From a virus, in the IMG/VR virus record IMGVR_UViG_3300046758_000611, positions 1-64,000 of that record: a stretch of DNA of 64,000 nucleotides; one strand, written 5' to 3'. Made by a program: the position numbers and the translations under genes. Below, in pieces: positions 57,839-64,000 of the stretch (position 1 is its first letter; every line of letters starts with the position of its first letter). Under the pieces are notes generated by a model. The model was not told the DNA's origin. It ran no database searches and worked only from the letters and a program-made list of their open reading frames with translations.

Positions 57839-58869
57839 TAATCAAACTTCTCCGATTTAATTTTCATGTAAAATCTAGTAAATTCGTCACTATCTAGTTC
57901 TAAACTTTCAACTAATCTTGATAATACTGCCAAATTCCGTTGAGGTGATAGATTAAACTTTTCTATTATATAAATTGTACGACTCAAATATCGTTCAAGG
58001 TCTGCTGGTAAAATTGCTTTATCAATTTCATTTAATAGTTGTTCAGTAACACGATTTCTTTTATCACCACTTTTGCTCATTTTATCGTATGCCATCATCA
58101 TTTTGATCCATTTCTTTCCAATTGGATTTTTAATTGGTTTTGAAATAAATTTTGCTACCTCTTTCATAAGTCGTGGAACTAAATCTAATCTACCAGGTTT
58201 TGTTTTACTACGAGTATCTTCTGAATTGTCTACTATAACAAAGTTTGCTTTGAACAAACCTTGAAACTTACCAAGATTTTTTTGGACATCTGTCCAAATA
58301 TCCTTTACTATTTTTCGTGGAAGTTTTCTTTTACGCATTGCGTTTCTTTGTTGTGCGACATCAAGTGTTGTGTTTACAAACACCATATAACAATCGTATC
58401 CTAGTTTTTCAAGTTCTTTTTTTTGCTTTGATATTTTGTTATAGTTGTCACCTGTCCCATCAACAATAATACCCAAACGACCATCTTTAAATAACTCAAA
58501 TTGTTTAAGCATTATTTTCTTCGCACGGGAACGAATACTATTTGGATCATCACTTGTTACTTTGGCAAATGTTTCATCATCCATTTTAGATAAATTCAGA
58601 TCATATCCTGCCTTTTTAAGTAATATTTCAAATGCAGGATCACTGTTTACAATCTTTAAACCACTTGGTGATAAATTTTTTGCATCCGGTGGAAAATTGA
58701 ATAATGTATCAACAGTAGCAGATTTACCAGAACCAGGTCCTCCTGCTAAAAATACTGCTTTTAAAATACCAGGATCATATACACCCTCTACAAGTGTAAA
58801 GTATCCTTTACGCAATCCTGCTTTAATCAGGGTTTCTTGGACTTTTTGATTTTCTTCGGATTTTTCCAT
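57838..58869 (-). CDS. P-loop kinase (Zeta toxin / polynucleotide kinase / AAA_33-like)
   Basis: FLAGGPGSGKS, IVNSD, IIVDGTG, lid motif AQQRNAMRKR. Confidence 0.8.
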   Translation of the reverse strand: MEKSEENQKVQETLIKAGLRKGYFTLVEGVYDPGILKAVFLAGGPGSGKSATVDTLFNFPPDAKNLSPSGLKIVNSDPAFEILLKKAGYDLNLSKMDDETFAKVTSDDPNSIRSRAKKIMLKQFELFKDGRLGIIVDGTGDNYNKISKQKKELEKLGYDCYMVFVNTTLDVAQQRNAMRKRKLPRKIVKDIWTDVQKNLGKFQGLFKANFVIVDNSEDTRSKTKPGRLDLVPRLMKEVAKFISKPIKNPIGKKWIKMMMAYDKMSKSGDKRNRVTEQLLNEIDKAILPADLERYLSRTIYIIEKFNLSPQRNLAVLSRLVESLELDSDEFTRFYMKIKSEKFD

Positions 58870-58912
58870 AAATACAATTCAGGTACATAATAAATATATA
58901 TCTAAATATGTT

Positions 58913-61513
58913 TTATGCTCCGTATTTTATCTTACTAAATGAACCTTCTTTTTGAATTTCTACAATTTCATCCACCATATCTCGCATAACATCCAAATGG
59001 CTAATGACTACGATGAACTCAAATTGCCCCTTTAAATAGGTAAATAGATTAAATACACTACTGATGTTATCTCCGTCTAATGTACCCCACCCTTCATCAA
59101 TAACAAGGAAATTAGAACGAGGAAGACTGCTTACATTGATAAGTGCCACACGCATAGCAATACTGCTTATGAATCGTTCCATGCCACTACACATCTCTAA
59201 AGGCCAATGACGATCTTCATAAGTAATCTTTGAGTAAATGTGTTTTCCGTCCATTTCAAGATTCATGCCGAAATCAACGATTTGAGAAAGAATATTATTA
59301 ACCTCACTTTCAATACTAGGAATAGTTTTAGAAATAAGTTCATATGAAATACCATCTCGTTTTACTGCATCAAGATATAGTTCATATCCTCGTTTTTTTC
59401 TTTCATAACTTTTTGCCTCTTCGATAGATGAAAGAACATCTTCGTGTTCTTTTTCAACAATCTTAACTTCACCAAAAAGAGTTTGAAGTTTTTCTGTTTC
59501 TTCATTTGCTATTAAATTCACTTTTGTAAGTTTATTTTGTATATCAGCAACTTCAACTTGTAAAGATTTATTAAATTCAATAATATCTTTACATTCATAA
59601 TATTCGTTGATACTTTTTTCATTTAATAGAATATCCTTTTCAAGTGATTCTATCATACTTGACAATGCAAGAATCTTGGCATCTGTTTGATTTATTTCAT
59701 AAGAAAGTTGTGTATTTTCTGATTTTAAATTATTATACAATTCATAATCACTATCAACATTTTTATATATTTCAAGTTGTTGTTCAAATTCATTTTTTCT
59801 CTTAACAAGTTCATCTGCATCTGCTTTATCTTTATCAAGTTCTTTTTTAGTAATTTCCGCACTTTCTATCAAATTTTTTGAATTAGTAACACAATGCTTA
59901 CAATTAGGATCGTATTCATGACTATCATAATGTTTCAATTTATCAAGTTTAGCATTAACTGATGTTCTTAATACTGCCAAATCTTTATCGACTAAATTTA
60001 TATTTTCACGAATTTTTAAGACATCTACATATTTTTCTTCTATACCGTCAAGTTCAGATATTTTTTTGAATTTTAGTGATTTATCGTTTGATAACTTCTT
60101 CTTTTTATCAGACTCAAGTGAACGATTATCTTTTGCCACATCAAGTCTTTCTTTTAAGTTTGTTTTATTAAATTCTAATTTATCTATATCTACGGATGCT
60201 TCCTCAAATGAGCAATTTTTAAATTGTGCATTTTTGTCTGCCAATTCTTTATTTAGTTTTTTCTGTTTTAATAAAGCAATATTAGTTCTACTATCCTGTT
60301 CATTGTATTGATGTTTAACATCTTCTAATTTTTCTTGAACATTGTTTAATGTTTCATCAAAATCTTCACGATTAAATCTTTTTAAAAGTGCGTTTATTTC
60401 TTTTATATCTTCCGATGCAGTTGTATGTAACTGATCGAACATATCTATTCCCATAAACTGAGCAAGTAAATCTTTTCTCTCACTTTGACTTTTATCTATA
60501 AAAATTGCATTATTATTTTGCAAACTAAGTGTAGTCAAAACAAAATCATCATATGACCCGACATGATCACGTATTACTGCATTGGTTCCTGCTCTTTGTT
60601 CTCCGTTTAGTGAAATTGTTTGACCTTCTTCATCATGTTTCCAGAAATCAACAACAACCGTTACATCTCCGTTCTTTTTAGTAGTTGCAGTTCTTTCTAT
60701 AAAATAATTTACTCCACTTATTTCAAAATTAAGTTTACAGTAAAAATTATCAGTTTGTGTATTCAATACGTGTGCGGCCTTGAATGCACGATCACATTTA
60801 TCAAATAAACAAAAACTCAAAGCACTCATCACACTACTTTTACCACTTGCATTTGAGGCAAATAATCCCATAACACTTTTCATGTTTGAAAAGTCTATTA
60901 TGTTTCCATCTCCGTAACTAAACATATTACCGAATTCAAACTTCTTTGGTTTCCAAATACAATTTCTTAAAACTTCTTTTACTACCAACTTTTCATTTAT
61001 TTCTTTGTTGATATCAAGAGCAGTTTTTACTTGCTCATCATCAACAACAAAATTCCTGCGAAGATAATCTTCTATTAAATCATTTTGAACTTGTATTGTA
61101 GTAATGTCACCGAAATCAAATTTATTATCACGATCATATTTTTTTGCCTCGGAAATTGCATCACAACGAGTTACATTCAAATCACTTATATTTGTTTTCT
61201 TTCGTATATCTGCTATAATTTCTTTAGTTTCAGTTGCAGTAGTATTATATACCTTTACACGAAGTCTTGCTTTTCTTGGTAATAAACTAAGATCACTAAT
61301 ACACTTTCCATCACGAACTACAATTGTATAATATCCATAATCATTGTGAACTTCGTGGTGCGTATGTGTTTGATTATTTAAGTCCCACAAAACATATCCA
61401 TGACCATTTGGTTTTTCACCGTGATTTTGTTGAATCATACTACCAGAATAAACAACAATTGGTTTATTCTTATTGTGTCTTTTTACTTTTATATATGTTT
61501 CTTTATCTTCCAT
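58913..61513 (-). CDS. sbcC: Rad50/SbcC (gp46-like) ATPase carrying the C-terminal part of an Mre11/SbcD nuclease at its N-terminus
   Basis: N-terminal VVYSGSMIQQNHGE...HGYVLWD; NMFSYG, Walker A SNASGKSS, coiled coil with zinc hook CKHC, signature CSGMERF, Walker B IDEGWGTLD, VISH; ATG 61513. Confidence 0.9.
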   Translation of the reverse strand: MEDKETYIKVKRHNKNKPIVVYSGSMIQQNHGEKPNGHGYVLWDLNNQTHTHHEVHNDYGYYTIVVRDGKCISDLSLLPRKARLRVKVYNTTATETKEIIADIRKKTNISDLNVTRCDAISEAKKYDRDNKFDFGDITTIQVQNDLIEDYLRRNFVVDDEQVKTALDINKEINEKLVVKEVLRNCIWKPKKFEFGNMFSYGDGNIIDFSNMKSVMGLFASNASGKSSVMSALSFCLFDKCDRAFKAAHVLNTQTDNFYCKLNFEISGVNYFIERTATTKKNGDVTVVVDFWKHDEEGQTISLNGEQRAGTNAVIRDHVGSYDDFVLTTLSLQNNNAIFIDKSQSERKDLLAQFMGIDMFDQLHTTASEDIKEINALLKRFNREDFDETLNNVQEKLEDVKHQYNEQDSRTNIALLKQKKLNKELADKNAQFKNCSFEEASVDIDKLEFNKTNLKERLDVAKDNRSLESDKKKKLSNDKSLKFKKISELDGIEEKYVDVLKIRENINLVDKDLAVLRTSVNAKLDKLKHYDSHEYDPNCKHCVTNSKNLIESAEITKKELDKDKADADELVKRKNEFEQQLEIYKNVDSDYELYNNLKSENTQLSYEINQTDAKILALSSMIESLEKDILLNEKSINEYYECKDIIEFNKSLQVEVADIQNKLTKVNLIANEETEKLQTLFGEVKIVEKEHEDVLSSIEEAKSYERKKRGYELYLDAVKRDGISYELISKTIPSIESEVNNILSQIVDFGMNLEMDGKHIYSKITYEDRHWPLEMCSGMERFISSIAMRVALINVSSLPRSNFLVIDEGWGTLDGDNISSVFNLFTYLKGQFEFIVVISHLDVMRDMVDEIVEIQKEGSFSKIKYGA

Positions 61514-62429
61514 GTGTAACAATTTTCAAAATATTTTCACCAACATCTGTGTCACTTAAGAACGGACTGAGGTGCATATGACCTTGGTTCGGAAAGTACA
61601 TATTTGGTCCTAGAAATGGAACTCTATTTTCAAGGTTGTTTAAATCTCCTCCGTTTTGTTGCCAAACAACTCCTTTTGGCCCGAACATCTGGTGAATATA
61701 GTCGGTTGTGATAACAGTTCTGGTGCCCAGAGCAGATGCCATATTTGTAAGACACCCCTCAGAACCAATTACAAAATCACAATTTTTTATTAAACTTGCA
61801 GTAAAAGAAAACTTACTTGTAGAATTAATAGTTGGATATCGTTTAGAAATTGTGTCTTCGAGACCAAGTGCAAATAGAATTACCCTCGGATGATGTTCCA
61901 TGCAATTAATTATATCAAATGTGTTTCTTGTTTTTTGTCCATATCCAGAACCAGTTTCTCCACCGTCTGCGTTATTGTATTCTTCTTCAGTAAATAAGAA
62001 ACTTTTTTTATGCCAATCCATTTGGTATCCGACTTTTATTATATCAGACTTCCAGTCACCTATGTTTTCTAGTTCCTGCATACTTTTTTCAATTGCATAG
62101 TCAAGAATAGTATTTGTAAAAATTTCAAAGGTATCGTCAAAATTTTTTATTTCACATATTTTTTGAAATTGTGAAGTAATTGATTCGTATGGATTTAATG
62201 TGGAGTTGCCAGAAATTAAATTATATACTTTATCGTATACACCCTCGTTTTCCATAAAAAAAACTTTATCTATATACGGATTGCAATTTAATAACTCAAG
62301 TGGTTGTAAATAATTTATATCAAAGTGAATTTCACATAACTTGTTTTGCTTTATTTTTTTAGCAACACTACTTGCAAGTAGAATATCACCAATGTGAATA
62401 TTTCTACATTTTATCAGTATCTTACTCAT
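61503..62429 (-). CDS. GT-B glycosyltransferase (GT9 / heptosyltransferase-like)
   Basis: HIGDILLASS...KKIK, LLNCNPYIDKV, ASLIKNCDFVIGSEGCLTNMASALGTRTV match the N- and C-lobe patterns of GT9 enzymes. Confidence 0.75.
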   Translation of the reverse strand: MSKILIKCRNIHIGDILLASSVAKKIKQNKLCEIHFDINYLQPLELLNCNPYIDKVFFMENEGVYDKVYNLISGNSTLNPYESITSQFQKICEIKNFDDTFEIFTNTILDYAIEKSMQELENIGDWKSDIIKVGYQMDWHKKSFLFTEEEYNNADGGETGSGYGQKTRNTFDIINCMEHHPRVILFALGLEDTISKRYPTINSTSKFSFTASLIKNCDFVIGSEGCLTNMASALGTRTVITTDYIHQMFGPKGVVWQQNGGDLNNLENRVPFLGPNMYFPNQGHMHLSPFLSDTDVGENILKIVTHGR

Positions 62430-63126
62430 CTGCTATATTCCAACCATCAAGTTTATATTTATCTTGATTGCTTTCTGCTATAAATTTATGTTCAGTTTGA
62501 TATTCCTGTAAAACTTGGTATTTGTGTATATCACCTAACATTACTATGTCATATCCGTCAAACATACCCAAATCAATATCACCACCCATGACCACATACC
62601 CCACGTCTGTGCGACTTCTTTTTACTGCTCCGTGATAAACTGCTATCTTAGTTTTAATTGATTCATCTTTTATGTCAAATCCACGAACATAATTACTCGG
62701 ATCGTCTAATATACTAAAAACACTAACTGCAACATCTCCTATTTTATATAACCCACTATTCTTTAAATAAAAAAGATTTTCATCATCCATCATATCCATT
62801 ATTGGAGATAAAACATCAAGACGGTCAGGATTATTTAAATTACAATCATGGTTTCCTGCAATTACGAGAGTTGGGTGTAGTTTTGAACATTCACGTAAAA
62901 AAGATGATATTTGGTGAATAAGTTCAGGACTCATTTCTGTTTTAGCATGAGCAATATCTCCACCAATAAAAATAATAGCATTATCGTAGTTATCTTCTTT
63001 AACTTGATTATAGAAGTTTTCAAAAACCTGAGAATATTCTGTATGCCTCTTTACATTTCGAATGTGTATATCTGCAAGATGGTATACTTTTTCAATATTT
63101 TTTAAATCTGTTTTTAACTCAAGCAT
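62422..63126 (-). CDS. sbcD: Mre11/SbcD (gp47-like) metallophosphoesterase, N-terminal part
   Basis: LADIH, GGDIAH, AGNHD, YHG, LGDIHK; the YSGS motif and capping region are absent here and present in 58913..61513. Confidence 0.88.
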   Translation of the reverse strand: MLELKTDLKNIEKVYHLADIHIRNVKRHTEYSQVFENFYNQVKEDNYDNAIIFIGGDIAHAKTEMSPELIHQISSFLRECSKLHPTLVIAGNHDCNLNNPDRLDVLSPIMDMMDDENLFYLKNSGLYKIGDVAVSVFSILDDPSNYVRGFDIKDESIKTKIAVYHGAVKRSRTDVGYVVMGGDIDLGMFDGYDIVMLGDIHKYQVLQEYQTEHKFIAESNQDKYKLDGWNIADE

Positions 63127-64000
63127 AATTTCTGTTTCATCAACTCACCAAAATCAAGTAGTTTGGTATTTTTTATTTTAGTAATCACCCGAAGAAATCC
63201 TACATCAGATGCATCCTCATCTTCCATTTTAACTAATCTAACTTTTATATTTTCCTTCATAAGAGATTCAGACATACTAATTGCATTTTTGTATGCATCA
63301 CTATCCAACACAATCGTAATTTCTTTTACATCGTGTTCTACTAATTTTAATCTTAACTTATTTGGAATGTTTTTACCAAGCAGGGGAATGGCATTTCTTC
63401 TTATCGCCATTGCATCAAAAACTCCTTCGCAAAAAATAATGGGTTCTTCGTAGTTTATTTGATTTTCAAAAACAACTACATCTTTACTAACAGGTGGGTT
63501 TTTGTATTTAAGATATGCAGATCCTGTATAGTCCCTTGCTAGAAAGTAATTTAGTTTGTTGTTGCAATCAAATGACGGAACTATAATACGACCACCGTAA
63601 TCCCCACCCGAACAATATCCTATTTCATATCGTTCCATGTCATATGATTGTATATTTCTTTTTTTCAAATAATTTAATGCCTTAGAGTAATCTAATTCAT
63701 TTCTATAATCACTTAGTTTTTTATATTCATATGGCAATGAAATAAATTGTTGTTCTGCATTTTCAAGTTTGGTATTCTTGGGTAACTTTACTATTTTTGA
63801 CAACTCAGCAAAATAATTATTTGGAACTTGTAATCTTTTAAACAATGAAAATATACTACGACCTTTTGCGTTGGTATCAATCCAACTTTGCCACCTCTGA
63901 GTAACGAGATTTACTGCCAACTTAGGTTTTCTATGATGAGAAAATGGGCATATAAACATAACCTCGTCTTTAGAGACGATTTTACCTGCTCCTAATACTT
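63114..64000 (-). CDS. DNA primase (DnaG/gp61-like TOPRIM), 5' end beyond the window
   Basis: YLKKRNI, RIIVP, YFLAR, KYKNP, CEGVFDA, LDSDA, EDASD; the frame stays open to the window edge (VLGAGKIVSKDEVMFICP). Confidence 0.88.
   Translation of the reverse strand, partial: VLGAGKIVSKDEVMFICPFSHHRKPKLAVNLVTQRWQSWIDTNAKGRSIFSLFKRLQVPNNYFAELSKIVKLPKNTKLENAEQQFISLPYEYKKLSDYRNELDYSKALNYLKKRNIQSYDMERYEIGYCSGGDYGGRIIVPSFDCNNKLNYFLARDYTGSAYLKYKNPPVSKDVVVFENQINYEEPIIFCEGVFDAMAIRRNAIPLLGKNIPNKLRLKLVEHDVKEITIVLDSDAYKNAISMSESLMKENIKVRLVKMEDEDASDVGFLRVITKIKNTKLLDFGELMKQKLCLS

Noticed and set aside
57512-58869. Zeta/epsilon toxin-antitoxin pair
   Set aside because: The P-loop kinase fold is shared with many kinases, no epsilon-like upstream antitoxin is evident, and the context is the head-protein cluster.
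61503-62429. Group I/II intron or split intein explaining the broken nuclease
   Set aside because: The inserted ORF overlaps both flanks, leaving no non-coding room for a ribozyme core. It is not a homing endonuclease or maturase. The N-terminal piece has no Cys/Ser-initiated intein segment, and the HN in the C-terminal piece is followed by Lys rather than Cys/Ser/Thr.
1-64000. Stop-codon reassignment
   Set aside because: Core genes are full length in the standard code, and TAA, TAG and TGA all occur as genuine stops.

Overview
A 64 kb, AT-rich segment of a large T4-like (contractile-tailed, probably jumbo) dsDNA bacteriophage. Every credible gene is on the minus strand, in the standard genetic code. 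In transcription order (right to left) the window holds six blocks. (1) A primase cut by the window edge, then an Mre11/SbcD-Rad50/SbcC gene broken inside its nuclease domain by a glycosyltransferase ORF. (2) A cluster of probable internal head proteins, including a P-loop kinase and a HIGH-type nucleotidyltransferase fused to a KxDG ligase-like domain. (3) Packaging and head genes: terminase, portal, prohead protease, acidic scaffold, gp23-like capsid and neck proteins. (4) Tail genes: sheath, tube, a gp26-like chaperone with a candidate +1 frameshift extension, a 2775-aa tape measure protein with thirteen 53-aa repeats, and baseplate genes. (5) A compact family A DNA polymerase, a complete prkA(yeaG)-yeaH-spoVR operon, a DNA methyltransferase, gp32 SSB, RecA/UvsX, a 5'-3' exonuclease, a DnaB-like helicase and nrdA. 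(6) A secreted trypsin-like protease and two lipoproteins. The most promising leads are the split nuclease with its nested glycosyltransferase, the phage-borne PrkA/YeaH/SpoVR triad, the frameshifted tail chaperone and the possibly virion-packaged kinase/ligase module. All calls come from reading motifs by eye; no database searches were run, so novelty is unverified.
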